Assembly (NCBI GenBank): GCA_947475445.1
Contig: CANJLC010000011.1
Span: forward strand, 83-64,082
Length of the DNA stretch: 64,000 bases
Source: Alphaproteobacteria bacterium
GTDB taxonomy: Bacteria > Pseudomonadota > Alphaproteobacteria > Micropepsales > Micropepsaceae
Reading direction: 5' to 3'
In this document: positions 40,728-52,320 of the stretch, piece after piece
Numbering within the stretch: position 1 is the stretch's first letter
Layout of the letters: each line of letters begins with the position of its first letter
Program-made: the position numbers and the translations under genes
The notes under the pieces: generated by a model
Databases searched by the model: none
What the model was told of the DNA's origin: nothing
The model's input: only the letters and a program-made list of their open reading frames with translations

Positions 40728-42428
40728 GTGCCAGCGTCTCTTCCACTCAGCCTGCTGCCGGAATTGAGCGGCGCGGGCCTGCGGCGCGTGCTGGCGCCCT
40801 TGCGCATATGGAGCAGGCGAAGCTGGTTTTATCGCCGGCTGCTCAAGGGCCAGCTGGCCGATCATTTTGTCTTTCATCCCCATGACGCCCTGCCGCGCAA
40901 GCTGGAGGATGCCGATGCCTTGTTGCGCGGACGCTTCCGCTTTCATGGCCAGACGGTGGATGTGCAGCCCGGCCAATCCGTCTTCGACCACAAGCCGCCC
41001 AGCCAGGACTGGTCGGATGCGCTGCATTCCTTTGCCTGGCTGCCGCCGCTGGCGCTGGCGGGCGGTGATGCGGCCCGAATTCTTGCCACCAACCTGATTG
41101 CCCAGTGGGTAAAGCGGCACGGCAAATATTCCGAACCTGTCTGGTCGCCCCACATCATGGCGCGCCGCCTGATCCATCTTTTCAGTCACGGCAAGCTGGT
41201 GATGGTCAATCCCGACATGATCTGGCGCTCGCGCCTGTTCGTGTCCTTGCGCGAACAGGCGCGGCTGCTGGAGCGCATCAGCGACGAGGCGATCGACGGC
41301 ATGCCACGGCTGGAAGCCGCCACCGCGCTGGCGCTGTCCGGCATATGCCTGGATGATTCATCGCGGCGCCTGGAAAGCGGTCTCAAGCGGCTGGAAGAGG
41401 AATGCAACCGCCAGATATTGCCCGATGGCGGCCATGTCAGCCGCTCGCCCGAAGCGCTGCTGGCAGCCTATCGCTGCCTGACCATGGTGACGGATGCTTT
41501 GACCTTTTCCACCCTGGAGCCGCCACACGGCGTGCGCAATGCGCGTGACCGAATCGCGCCCATGTTGCGTTTCTTCCGCCACGGCGATGGCGGGCTGTCG
41601 CTGTTTCATGGCGGGCTGGAAAGCGACCCGCGCATGATTGCCGGATTGCTGGCGCGCGACGACATACGCGGCCAGCCATTCCAGCATGCCCGCCATTCCG
41701 GTTACCAGCGCCTGGCCGCCGCGCGCACCATCCTGCAGCTGGATTGCGGCAAGGTCCCCGATGGTCCCTTTGCGCTGAATGCCCATGCCGGCTTTCTGGC
41801 CTTTGAACTCAGCTCCGGCACGGGCCGGCTGGTGGTCAATTGCGGCGCCGGCGGCGAACGCCATCGCAGCTGGGATGCGGCGCTGCGGGCTACCGCCGCC
41901 CATTCCACCCTGACCCTGGCCGATGTTTCCAGCGCGCAGATCCTGCCGCCCGGGCTGGCGCGCGACCTGCTTGGACCGCGCCTGACCGGCGGGCCGCTGA
42001 CGCCTGCCAGCCGCCGCAGCGAGACGGCGCAGGGCTGGATGGTGGAGGCCACCCATGACGCCTATGTCGCCCAGTTCGGGCTGGTGCATGAGCGAAGGGT
42101 TACCCTGTCACCCCAGGGCCTGATGGTGACCGGCGCAGACCGGCTGGTCCCCCAAGGCAAGGCGCCTGCCGGGCGGCTGGGCTTTGCCGTGCGGTTCCAC
42201 ATCCATCCGGATGTGCGGGTGTCGCCGCTGGAAGGCGGCGGCATCCTGCTCAAGCTGCCGGGCGGGGAGGGCTGGCGCTTCAGGGCCGGTGGCGGCGAAA
42301 TCAGCGTCGAGGAAAGCGTCTATCTGGGCGGCGATGTGGTACGCCGGACGGAGCAGCTGGTGATCAGCGGCACCTTGCGTGAGCTGCCGGCCGAAATTGC
42401 CTGGGTGTTCGAGCAGATCGTTGTTTGA
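40728..42428 (+). CDS. heparinase II/III-family protein
   Basis: Size, position after rpe, and the motif region ...GGHVSRSPEALLA...HAHAGFLAFEL are typical of this alphaproteobacterial family. Confidence 0.65.
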   Translation: MPASLPLSLLPELSGAGLRRVLAPLRIWSRRSWFYRRLLKGQLADHFVFHPHDALPRKLEDADALLRGRFRFHGQTVDVQPGQSVFDHKPPSQDWSDALHSFAWLPPLALAGGDAARILATNLIAQWVKRHGKYSEPVWSPHIMARRLIHLFSHGKLVMVNPDMIWRSRLFVSLREQARLLERISDEAIDGMPRLEAATALALSGICLDDSSRRLESGLKRLEEECNRQILPDGGHVSRSPEALLAAYRCLTMVTDALTFSTLEPPHGVRNARDRIAPMLRFFRHGDGGLSLFHGGLESDPRMIAGLLARDDIRGQPFQHARHSGYQRLAAARTILQLDCGKVPDGPFALNAHAGFLAFELSSGTGRLVVNCGAGGERHRSWDAALRATAAHSTLTLADVSSAQILPPGLARDLLGPRLTGGPLTPASRRSETAQGWMVEATHDAYVAQFGLVHERRVTLSPQGLMVTGADRLVPQGKAPAGRLGFAVRFHIHPDVRVSPLEGGGILLKLPGGEGWRFRAGGGEISVEESVYLGGDVVRRTEQLVISGTLRELPAEIAWVFEQIVV

Positions 42429-42508
42429 CCCCTTCTTTTGGTGGGTTGTTTGGGCCGACAGGGCCGTGGCAAACTGCCCAAATCACTTAGCGTGCGCCGG
42501 AGTAGCTG

Positions 42509-43303
42509 ATGGTTGAGTTCGCCCTGCCCAAGAACAGCAAGATCAAGAAGGGCAAAGTCTGGCCTGCGGATGCCGCTGCCAATGGCAAGAAGCCCAAGCG
42601 GTCAAAGGATTTCAAGGTCTATCGCTACGATCCCGAAAGCGAAGGCAATCCCACGGTCGATACCTACACGGTGGATCTCGACAGCTGCGGCCCCATGGTC
42701 CTGGACGCGCTGATCAAGATCAAGAACGAGATTGACCCCACGCTGTCCTTCCGCCGTTCCTGCCGCGAAGGCATTTGCGGTTCCTGCGCCATGAACATCC
42801 AGGGCGGCAACACGCTGGCCTGCACCAAGGCGATCAACGACTGTTCCGGCGCCGTGGCGATCTATCCCTTGCCGCACATGCCGGTGGTCAAGGACCTGGT
42901 GCCCGACCTGACCAATTTCTACGCCCAGCATGCCTCGGTTCAGCCTTACCTGCAGACCGTCAGCGCCGAGCCGGAAAAGGAATGGGAACAGACTCCCGAA
43001 GACCGCGCCAAGCTGGACGGTCTTTACGAATGCATTCTGTGCGCCTGCTGCTCCACCGCATGCCCCAGCTATTGGTGGAATTCGGAACGCTATCTGGGCC
43101 CGGCGGCCTTGCTGCAATCCTATCGCTGGCTGATTGACAGCCGTGATGAGGAAACCGGCGCAAGACTGGACCAGCTGGAAGACCCGTTCCGGCTCTATCG
43201 CTGCCATACCATCATGAATTGCGCCCAGGTCTGCCCGAAGGGCCTCAATCCCGCCGAGGCTATCGGCGAGATCAAGCAGATGATGGTCAAGCGCAAGGCT
43301 TAG
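42509..43303 (+). CDS. sdhB: succinate dehydrogenase iron-sulfur subunit
   Basis: [15 protein letters not shown]...[17 protein letters not shown]...[15 protein letters not shown]. Confidence 0.95.
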   Translation: MVEFALPKNSKIKKGKVWPADAAANGKKPKRSKDFKVYRYDPESEGNPTVDTYTVDLDSCGPMVLDALIKIKNEIDPTLSFRRSCREGICGSCAMNIQGGNTLACTKAINDCSGAVAIYPLPHMPVVKDLVPDLTNFYAQHASVQPYLQTVSAEPEKEWEQTPEDRAKLDGLYECILCACCSTACPSYWWNSERYLGPAALLQSYRWLIDSRDEETGARLDQLEDPFRLYRCHTIMNCAQVCPKGLNPAEAIGEIKQMMVKRKA

Positions 43304-43310
43304 ACCTTCT

Positions 43311-43346
43311 CCTCCATGGCCGGGCTCGACCCGGCCATGGAGGTTT
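43311..43346 (+). terminator. intrinsic terminator after sdhB
   Basis: CCTCCATGGCCGGG-CTCGA-CCCGGCCATGGAGG (14-bp stem) followed by TTTG. Confidence 0.6.
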
Positions 43347-43393
43347 GTGGGCGATGGATGGGCGGTTCAAGGCCGCCCATGGCGAGTTTGGAT

Positions 43394-44239
43394 TTACGCC
43401 GCAGCGGCTTTCTTTTGCATCTTGTGCCAGAGCAGGGACTCGCACCAATCGGCCAGCTTGCCGTGCGGGTCGGCGCCGACAGCCTTGGCCACCATCTGCA
43501 CCAGCTTCTGGATATGCTTGCGCCGGTAAATGCTCATGCTCGCCTTGGCCGCCGCCCGTGAATAGAGCTTGCGGTTGTAGGGCCGGGCCATTTCCTGATC
43601 GACCGGGACATTGGCGCAGTAATAGGCATAGGCCAGCTCGTCATCATCGCTTTCCCGCACCCGTCCGATGGCGACCCAGAGCTTGCGAAAGAAGCTCATG
43701 TCCGGCTCATCCTGTTTGTGAAGGACTTCGTAGAACAGCTTGTAATGCCTGTATTCATCCGCCGAGATGCGACCGGCGATTTCCTTCAGAACTGGCTCGT
43801 CGGTGGCGTCGCGGATGGCGGAGTAATAGGACGAGGTTCCGCTTTCCACCACGCAGCGGGCGATCATTTCGCCCCGGCGCGAGCCGCGCACGGACTGGGC
43901 TCCGTCGCCGGCAAAATGGGCCGGACTGTAGCCCTTGCGGAAACGGGCAAAGGCCTCTTCCAGGTTGAAGCTGGGATCAGCCGTCTGGGCCCAGCGGCCC
44001 AGCGCCTGGCCGTGCTGGCGCTCTTCTTCGCCCCAGCGCTCGATCCAGCCCAGCGCTTCGGGCGCGGAATCCCCGAACACGCGCTTGAGATAGGCGACGT
44101 AATCGGGCGCATTATATTCCACCAGCGCCGCAGCCTTGATCGCCGCCAGCAGGGTGGGATCCACCGCTGCAGCGTCGAACAGGTGCCAGCTGACATCCGC
44201 CAGCGTCCAGCCCTGATGATAAACGGTCGAGATCGCCAT
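43394..44239 (-). CDS. ferritin-like di-iron carboxylate protein, unknown function
   Basis: Two ExxH motifs (WGEEERQHG and SADEYRHY). Start at MAISTVY, preceded by GGAGAGG. Confidence 0.6.
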   Translation of the reverse strand: MAISTVYHQGWTLADVSWHLFDAAAVDPTLLAAIKAAALVEYNAPDYVAYLKRVFGDSAPEALGWIERWGEEERQHGQALGRWAQTADPSFNLEEAFARFRKGYSPAHFAGDGAQSVRGSRRGEMIARCVVESGTSSYYSAIRDATDEPVLKEIAGRISADEYRHYKLFYEVLHKQDEPDMSFFRKLWVAIGRVRESDDDELAYAYYCANVPVDQEMARPYNRKLYSRAAAKASMSIYRRKHIQKLVQMVAKAVGADPHGKLADWCESLLWHKMQKKAAAA

Positions 44240-44383
44240 GACCTCTCCTAAGCCCCAGATGATACTATTATAACAGGTTTCGCTGCGGCTGCGAATACAG
44301 CCGGCAGGGAACACGCCCCATCTTATTGATTAAATGGCTTAAAATGCCGCCCGGACAAGCTTGAGGTCGTAAGGCGGGATACT

Positions 44384-44408
44384 GCAAAAGCTCCGGGGGA
44401 GCTTTTGC
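44384..44408 (-). terminator. intrinsic terminator of the atp operon
   Basis: GCAAAAGCTCC-GGG-GGAGCTTTTGC, a perfect palindrome 34 nt after the atpC stop. Confidence 0.6.
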
Positions 44409-44441
44409 CCGGCCGAACGCCCGCGTCCGCGGACAGCAGAC

Positions 44442-44837
44442 CTAGAACGCAGCCCTCACCAATTTCAGGTCGTCAACCAGCTGGCCGGCCTTCTGGCGGT
44501 CGGCATCAGTCTTGGCGGCGATCTCGTCTTCCTGGGCATCCTTGATGCGCTGGTCCAGGATCGCCAGGTCCAGCTCGGTCATGGGAAGGGCTTCCTCGGC
44601 CAGCACCGTGATGTGGGTGGCGTTGATCTCGGCAAAGCCGCCACGGATGAAATAACGGGTATCCACGCCGTCATTCTTCATGTCGATCATGCCGGCCCGC
44701 AGGTTCGAGACGAGGGATGCATGCCCCGCAATGACGCCCATATAGCCTTCGCTGCCGGGCACGGTGACCATGTCCACCGCCTGCGACAGCAGGAGGCGTT
44801 CAGGCGATACCAGATCGAATTTGATCTTGTCTGCCAT
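44442..44837 (-). CDS. atpC: F1 ATP synthase epsilon subunit
   Basis: MADKIKFDLVSPERLLLS...VPGSEGYMGVIAGHA. Confidence 0.85.
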   Translation of the reverse strand: MADKIKFDLVSPERLLLSQAVDMVTVPGSEGYMGVIAGHASLVSNLRAGMIDMKNDGVDTRYFIRGGFAEINATHITVLAEEALPMTELDLAILDQRIKDAQEDEIAAKTDADRQKAGQLVDDLKLVRAAF

Positions 44838-44839
44838 GT

Positions 44840-46369
<1,530 letters not shown>

Positions 46370-47230
46370 CTAGACGGCGGCGGCGCCGGCGATGATTTCA
46401 ATCAATTCCGTCGTGATCTTGGCCTGACGGGTGCGGTTCATCTGGATGGTGAGTGCCTTGATCAGGTCGCCCGCATTGCGCGTGGCATTGTCCATCGCGG
46501 CCATCTGCGAGGCGAAGAAGCCCGCCTGGTTCTCAAGGATGGCGGACAGGATCTGCACCGAGATGTTCTGCGGCAGCAATTCGGTGAGGATGGTGTCCTC
46601 ATCCGGCTCGTAGTCATAGAAAGCGCCCGCCGCGCCGCCGGCATCGACTTCGGCGGGGATCAGCTGCTTGATGGTGGGAATCTGCGTCACCACCGACTTG
46701 AAGCGGTTGTAGATCAGGGTGACGACATCGAACTGGCCGCCCGTGTACAGGTCGATCACCTGGCGCGCGATGGGCGCCACCAGCGCCAGGCCCGGCGCCT
46801 TCAGGCCCAGCTCATAGCTTTCGATAAAGCGGTTGCCATACTGGCGGCGCAACTGGTCGCGCGCCTTGCGGCCGATGGTGATGATCTTGACGTCCTTGCC
46901 TTCCTCGATCAGCGCCGCAATCTTGAGCCGCGCCGCCCGCACGATGGAGGAGTTGAACGCACCGGCAAGGCCGCGATCCGATGTCGCGACAATCACAAGC
47001 TGCCGCCTGTCGCTGCCGGTACCGGCCAGCAGCAGCGGCGCGCCGGGGCCCACGCCCGCGGCCAGGTTGGAGATGATCGCCGACATGCGCTGCGCATAGG
47101 GACGCGCCGCCTCCGTGGCCAGCTGGGCGCGGCGCAGCTTCGCCGCCGCCACCATCTGCAGGGCCTTGGTGATCTTCTGCGTGGACTTCACGCTTCCGAT
47201 CCGGGTACGCATTTCCTTGACGGTCGCCAT
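46370..47230 (-). CDS. atpG: F1 ATP synthase gamma subunit
   Basis: [36 protein letters not shown]. Confidence 0.9.
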   Translation of the reverse strand: MATVKEMRTRIGSVKSTQKITKALQMVAAAKLRRAQLATEAARPYAQRMSAIISNLAAGVGPGAPLLLAGTGSDRRQLVIVATSDRGLAGAFNSSIVRAARLKIAALIEEGKDVKIITIGRKARDQLRRQYGNRFIESYELGLKAPGLALVAPIARQVIDLYTGGQFDVVTLIYNRFKSVVTQIPTIKQLIPAEVDAGGAAGAFYDYEPDEDTILTELLPQNISVQILSAILENQAGFFASQMAAMDNATRNAGDLIKALTIQMNRTRQAKITTELIEIIAGAAAV

Positions 47231-47251
47231 TGGCGTTCAGTCTTTCAGTTT

Positions 47252-48784
47252 TTAAGCAAAGGACTTGGTGACGTCGTCCAGCGCGCTCTTGAGCATCTTC
47301 TCAAGGTCGGGGGTCAGCGCCTTTTCCTTGCGGATACCGTCGAGGAACTGCGGATAGCTGGCCTTGAGCTTGCCGAGCAGGGCTTCCTGGAAGGCGCCGA
47401 CCTTGGCGGTCGGGAAGGCATCCAGGTAACCGCGCGTGCCGGCATAAATCACCGCCACCTGCTCTTCGACGGCGAAGGGCTTGTATTGCGGCTGCTTGAG
47501 CAGCTCGGTCAGGCGCTCGCCGCGCGCCAGCATCTTCTGGGTCGAGGCGTCGAGGTCCGAACCGAATTTGGCGAAGGCCGCCATTTCGCGATACTGGGCC
47601 AACTCGCCCTTGATGGGGCCGGCGACGGTCTTCATCGCCTTGATCTGCGCCGAGGAGCCGACGCGCGACACGGAAATGCCGACGTTCACCGCCGGGCGAA
47701 TGCCCTGGTAGAACAGGTCGGTTTCCAGGAAGATCTGGCCGTCGGTGATCGAGATCACGTTGGTGGGAATGTAGGCCGACACGTCATTGGCCTGGGTTTC
47801 AATGATGGGCAGGGCGGTCAGCGAGCCCGAGCCATTGTCTTCGTTCAGCTTGGCGGCGCGCTCCAGCAGACGGCTGTGCAGGTAGAAGACATCGCCCGGA
47901 TAGGCTTCGCGGCCCGGCGGACGGCGCAGCAGCAGCGACATCTGGCGATAGGCGACGGCCTGCTTGGACAGATCGTCATAGATGATAAGAGCGTGCATGC
48001 CATTGTCGCGGAACCATTCGCCCATGGTGCAGCCCGAGAAGGGCGCCAGGTATTGCAGCGGCGCCGGCTCGGAGGCGGTGGCGGCGACCACGATGGTGTA
48101 TTCCAGCGCTCCGGCATCCGCCAAGGTCTTGACGATCTGCGCCACGGTGGAGCGCTTCTGCCCGATGGCGACATAGATGCAATACAGCTTGGCCTTTTCG
48201 TCCGTGCCGGCGTTGATCGCCTTCTGGTTGATGATGGCGTCGATGGCCACGGCAGTCTTGCCGGTCTGGCGGTCGCCGATGATCAGTTCGCGCTGGCCGC
48301 GGCCAATCGGGATCAGCGTGTCGATGGCCTTCAGGCCGGTCTGCACCGGCTCATGCACGGACTTGCGCGGAATGATGCCCGGCGCCTTGACGTCAACGCG
48401 GCGGCGCTCGGCAGCGCCCTTGATTTCGCCCTTGCCGTCGATGGGATTGCCAAGGGGATCAACCACGCGGCCCAGCAGCGCCTTGCCGACCGGCACGTCC
48501 ACGATGGCGTTGGTGCGCTTGACGGTGTCGCCTTCCTTGATGGTGCTGTCATTGCCGAAAATAACGCAGCCGACATTGTCGCTTTCCAGGTTCAGCGCCA
48601 TGCCCTTGATGCCGCCGGGGAACTCGACCATTTCGCCGGCCTGGACATTGTCGAGGCCATAGACGCGGGCAATGCCGTCGCCGACGCTAAGCACTTCGCC
48701 GACTTCCGAGACTTGCGCGTCAGCGCCAAAGTTCTGGATCTCGCGCTTCAGGATCGCGGAAATTTCAGCGGGCTGGATATCCAT
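47252..48784 (-). CDS. atpA: F1 ATP synthase alpha subunit
   Basis: GDRQTGKTA (Walker A)...[17 protein letters not shown]. Confidence 0.95.
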   Translation of the reverse strand: MDIQPAEISAILKREIQNFGADAQVSEVGEVLSVGDGIARVYGLDNVQAGEMVEFPGGIKGMALNLESDNVGCVIFGNDSTIKEGDTVKRTNAIVDVPVGKALLGRVVDPLGNPIDGKGEIKGAAERRRVDVKAPGIIPRKSVHEPVQTGLKAIDTLIPIGRGQRELIIGDRQTGKTAVAIDAIINQKAINAGTDEKAKLYCIYVAIGQKRSTVAQIVKTLADAGALEYTIVVAATASEPAPLQYLAPFSGCTMGEWFRDNGMHALIIYDDLSKQAVAYRQMSLLLRRPPGREAYPGDVFYLHSRLLERAAKLNEDNGSGSLTALPIIETQANDVSAYIPTNVISITDGQIFLETDLFYQGIRPAVNVGISVSRVGSSAQIKAMKTVAGPIKGELAQYREMAAFAKFGSDLDASTQKMLARGERLTELLKQPQYKPFAVEEQVAVIYAGTRGYLDAFPTAKVGAFQEALLGKLKASYPQFLDGIRKEKALTPDLEKMLKSALDDVTKSFA

Positions 48785-48798
48785 TCTATTCTTCCTTT

Positions 48799-49362
48799 TT
48801 ACTGGCCGCGCATCGCAGCGCGGATGCCATTCAGCTTGGTGCGTATAGACGAGTCGATCATGCGCGAACCCAGCTTGACGACCAGGCCGCCAAGCAATGC
48901 GGGATCAACGCGGGTTTCCAGGCGCGGCTCGCGGCCGAGCCTGGATTTCAGGACGCTCTTGAGTTCAGCCGTTTCGGAAGGCGACAGCGCGCGGGCCGAT
49001 GTGACCTCGGCCTGCACTTCGCCCTTCAGGCGGGCGACCATGCGGTCATAGGAGGACAGAATTCCTTCCAGCGCACCCAGGCGGCGCTTTGCGGCCAGCA
49101 TAAGGATGAATTTCAGGGTGAGGGGCGAAACACCCATTTTTTCCAGCACCGGCTTCAGGGCCTTGGCCTGATCTTCCTTGGAAAAGGCGGGCGAACGCAC
49201 AAGGCGGGCGAGGTCCGGACTGGTCTGGATGGCGCGCTTCAGGCCGGCAAAATCGGCTGCCACGGCGTCAACGGACTTCTGGTCCTGCGCCAGCTCAAAC
49301 ACAGCTGTGGCGTAGCGGCCCGCAAGTCCAGTTTCGTGCGCTTTTTCCGATCCCACATTCAT
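48799..49362 (-). CDS. atpH: F1 ATP synthase delta (OSCP) subunit
   Basis: [15 protein letters not shown]... First gene of atpHAGDC. Start approximate. Confidence 0.85.
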   Translation of the reverse strand: MNVGSEKAHETGLAGRYATAVFELAQDQKSVDAVAADFAGLKRAIQTSPDLARLVRSPAFSKEDQAKALKPVLEKMGVSPLTLKFILMLAAKRRLGALEGILSSYDRMVARLKGEVQAEVTSARALSPSETAELKSVLKSRLGREPRLETRVDPALLGGLVVKLGSRMIDSSIRTKLNGIRAAMRGQ

Positions 49363-49614
49363 CCTTCGCGGCTTTGGGAAACATCGCCCCAACCTGCCGC
49401 CGACAGCATCAGTAAGCTATTGAAATGTATAGTTTAATTCCACTGCGCGCGAGTCAGCTCCATCGCGCCTGCGCCAGTTAGCATGCGGGTTAACGCGGCG
49501 CAACAATATGGGGCGAGCCAGGGTGTCGCGGCCTGTGGAGCCCCGGAAATCCCCAGCTTTGACGCGGTTGTGGCCTTGTCACCGCGGCCCTGCCCGAACA
49601 GGGTGCCTAACAAC

Positions 49615-49629
49615 TGGGCAGGGACATGC
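49615..49629 (+). promoter_or_regulatory. weak sigma-54 (-24/-12)-like element upstream of amtB
   Basis: TGGGCAGGGACATGC has GG-N10-GC spacing, about 28 nt before the ATG at 49657. Only a partial match to TGGCAC-N5-TTGC. Confidence 0.25.
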
Positions 49630-49656
49630 CCGGAATCGGTCCACAGGGGGGATATC

Positions 49657-50871
49657 ATGATCGACAGCGGGGATACTGCCTGGGTCATCAGCGCCACGGC
49701 GCTGGTGCTGCTGATGACACTTCCGGCCCTGGCGCTGTTTTACGGCGGACTGGTGCAGGCCAAGAACATCCTGTCAGTGCTGGCGCAGTGTTTCGCGGTG
49801 GCCTGCCTGGCCTCGGTGCTGTGGTTCCTCTGCGGCTACTCGCTGGCCTTCAGCGGCACCGGCGCCTGGATCGGCGACTTGCAGGCGGCCCTGCTGGGCA
49901 ACGTCACACGCGCCGGGCCGCATCCCGGCCTGAAAATCCCCGAAAGCGTCTTTGTGATGTTCCAGATGACATTCGCCATCATCACACCGGCACTGATCAT
50001 CGGCGCCTATGTCGAGCGCATCAAATTCTGCGCCGTCCTGCTGATCTCGGCACTGTGGCTGCTGATTGTCTATGTCCCCGTGGCCCATTGGGTCTGGGGC
50101 GGCGGCTGGCTCGCCCAGCGCGGCGTGATGGATTATGCCGGCGGCATTGTCGTGCATGTCACCGCGGGCATTTCCGCGCTGGTGATTGCCATCATGCTGG
50201 GCGCACGCCACGAATTTCCCCATGGCATCCGCCCGCCCCATTCGCCCTGGATGGTGATGGTGGGCGCCTCCCTGCTGTGGGTTGGCTGGTTCGGCTTCAA
50301 TGCCGGCAGCGCGCTTTCCGCGGGCGGGGACGCCGGCATGGCGATGCTGGTGACACATTTGTCCGCAGCAACGGCAACGCTGGTGTGGATGGCCATCGAA
50401 TGGATAAAATTCGGCAAGCCCAGCCTGGTCGGCGCCGTGACCGGAACCATTGCAGGGCTGGCCTGCATCACGCCGGCATCCGGTTATGTCGGCCCCGGCG
50501 CCGCCGTTCTGCTGGGCGCGCTGGCGGGCGGCGTCTGTTTCCTGGGCGTGCTGCTGGTCAAACGCATCATGCAGGTGGATGACGCACTGGACGTGCTGGG
50601 CGTGCATGGCGTGGGCGGCGCGCTGGGAAGCCTGTTGCTGCCGTTCCTGACGCTTCTGGGTGGCGGCGTCGTGCTGGCACGGCCCCTGGCGGACCAGTTC
50701 GCGGTGCAGGGCACTGGCGTCGTGGTCGTGGCAATCTGGTCTGCGATTGCCACTTTCGCCATAACCAAGCTCACCGCGCTCACGATAGGCTTGCGTGTGG
50801 ACGCCGAGACTGAAACGGTAGGCTTGGATTTCGCCGCCCATGGCGAAACCGGCTATCACGTCAATCGCTAG
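49657..50871 (+). CDS. amtB: ammonium transporter
   Basis: Start at MIDSGDTAWVISATALVLLMT...FYGGLV...DYAGGIVVH...VHGVGG. Confidence 0.9.
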   Translation: MIDSGDTAWVISATALVLLMTLPALALFYGGLVQAKNILSVLAQCFAVACLASVLWFLCGYSLAFSGTGAWIGDLQAALLGNVTRAGPHPGLKIPESVFVMFQMTFAIITPALIIGAYVERIKFCAVLLISALWLLIVYVPVAHWVWGGGWLAQRGVMDYAGGIVVHVTAGISALVIAIMLGARHEFPHGIRPPHSPWMVMVGASLLWVGWFGFNAGSALSAGGDAGMAMLVTHLSAATATLVWMAIEWIKFGKPSLVGAVTGTIAGLACITPASGYVGPGAAVLLGALAGGVCFLGVLLVKRIMQVDDALDVLGVHGVGGALGSLLLPFLTLLGGGVVLARPLADQFAVQGTGVVVVAIWSAIATFAITKLTALTIGLRVDAETETVGLDFAAHGETGYHVNR

Positions 50872-50880
50872 GAGAGGCCC

Positions 50881-51219
50881 ATGAAACTGATCGTTGCGAT
50901 CATCCAGCCACATCGCCTGGACGCCGTGCGTGAACGCCTTACCGGGGTGGATATTGCCGGCCTCACCGTCACCGAGGTGCGCGGCTATGGCCGCCAGAAG
51001 GGCCATACCGAAATCTATCGCGGCGCCGAATACCAGATCGCCTTCCGGCCCAAGCTCAAGCTGGAAGTGGCGGTGCCCGATGCCCGGGTGGACGACGCCC
51101 TCCAGGCCATTACCGAAGGCAGCCGGACCGGCAAGATCGGGGATGGCAAGATTTTCGTGCTGGACCTGGAGCAGGCCCTGCGGGTGCGCACCGGCGAAAC
51201 CGGCGATATCGCGCTTTAA
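50881..51219 (+). CDS. glnK: P-II nitrogen regulatory protein
   Basis: MKLIVAIIQPHRLDAVR...T-loop GYGRQKGHTEIYRGAEY...GDGKIFV. Confidence 0.9.
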   Translation: MKLIVAIIQPHRLDAVRERLTGVDIAGLTVTEVRGYGRQKGHTEIYRGAEYQIAFRPKLKLEVAVPDARVDDALQAITEGSRTGKIGDGKIFVLDLEQALRVRTGETGDIAL

Positions 51220-51277
51220 ATTGGCTGCGCGCCGGGGCTCTTGACGCCCGCCGGGGGAGGGATCAAAAGCCCGCCCC

Positions 51278-51631
51278 ATGACCGTGGAAATCACCCAGCA
51301 ATTCACCTTTGATGCCGCCCATCGCCTGGGCGTAGGCGGGCCTGAGAATGCGCGCATTCACGGCCACTCCTTTTATGTGGACGTGACGCTTCGCGGCGAA
51401 CCGGGCGCCGATGGCGTGCTGCGCGATTTTGGCGAGATCGATGCCGTGCTCAAGGAGATCCGCGCGCAGCTGGACCACCGCATGCTGAACGATGTCGAGG
51501 GCCTGGGCGCCCCCACGCTGGAAAATCTGGCGCGCTTTATTTATGCCGCCGCCAATGCCAGACTGGCAGAAGTGGCGCGGGTGAAGATCAGCCGTCCCAC
51601 CTATGGACAAAGTTGCGTCTATGAAAAATAG
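51278..51631 (+). CDS. queD: 6-carboxy-5,6,7,8-tetrahydropterin synthase
   Basis: FTFDAAHRL...HGHSFYV (Zn-binding His residues). Confidence 0.85.
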   Translation: MTVEITQQFTFDAAHRLGVGGPENARIHGHSFYVDVTLRGEPGADGVLRDFGEIDAVLKEIRAQLDHRMLNDVEGLGAPTLENLARFIYAAANARLAEVARVKISRPTYGQSCVYEK

Positions 51632-52076
51632 AAAACTCACCCAGCTCGGTCATGCCGTGCGCCAGCCCACATCGCCGGACAGGGCGAAACTGGAAAGCGT
51701 GCCCAATCCCCATCCCGGCGACGATTATTTGATCCGTTTCACCGCGCCGGAATTCACCACCCTGTGCCCCATCACCGGACAGCCGGACTTCGCCCATTTC
51801 GTACTGGATTTTGTGCCGGGCAAGGCCATCCTGGAATCCAAATCCTTCAAGCTCTATCTCGCCAGTTTCCGCAACGCGGCGGGCTTCCACGAAGACGTCA
51901 CCCTGACCATCGGCAAGAGGGTGGCGGGTGTGATCAAGCCGAAATTCCTGCGCATCGCCGGCTACTGGTATCCGCGCGGCGGCATCCCCATCGATATCTT
52001 CTGGCAGACAGGGAAATTGCCGTCCGGCGTGTCGCTTCCCGATACCGGGGTTGCTTCATACCGGGGACGCGGCTGA
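51621..52076 (+). CDS. queF: NADPH-dependent 7-cyano-7-deazaguanine reductase
   Basis: [19 protein letters not shown]...[14 protein letters not shown]. Overlaps queD by 11 nt. Confidence 0.85.
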   Translation: MKNRKLTQLGHAVRQPTSPDRAKLESVPNPHPGDDYLIRFTAPEFTTLCPITGQPDFAHFVLDFVPGKAILESKSFKLYLASFRNAAGFHEDVTLTIGKRVAGVIKPKFLRIAGYWYPRGGIPIDIFWQTGKLPSGVSLPDTGVASYRGRG

Positions 52077-52077
52077 A

Positions 52078-52299
52078 TCAGAGCTCAAGGCGCGCGCCAA
52101 GCGTCACGCTGCGCGGAACGGCCAGCGCCGCCAGCGAGCCGTTGATGAATTCCCGGTGCCGTTCATGCAGCAAATTCATTCCGGCCAATGACAGATCGAT
52201 GCCCTCGACGATGCGCCAGTTGATGGTGGCGTCGGCTTCCGCATAGCCGGGCACGCGCGGGCTCGCCAGCGCATCCACCTTGCGCAAGGAAAGCTGGAA
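52078..52299 (-). pseudogene. C-terminal relic (about 73 codons) of a TonB-dependent receptor
   Basis: Tail of - ORF 52078..53118: FQLSLRKVDALASPRVPGYAEADATINWRIVEGIDLSLAGMNLLHERHREF...RSVTLGARLEL, a terminal beta-strand signature. The rest of that ORF is antisense to the ATPase fragment and is not receptor-like. Confidence 0.45.
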
Positions 52300-52320
52300 C
52301 GCACCCGCGCCACGCTGCCC

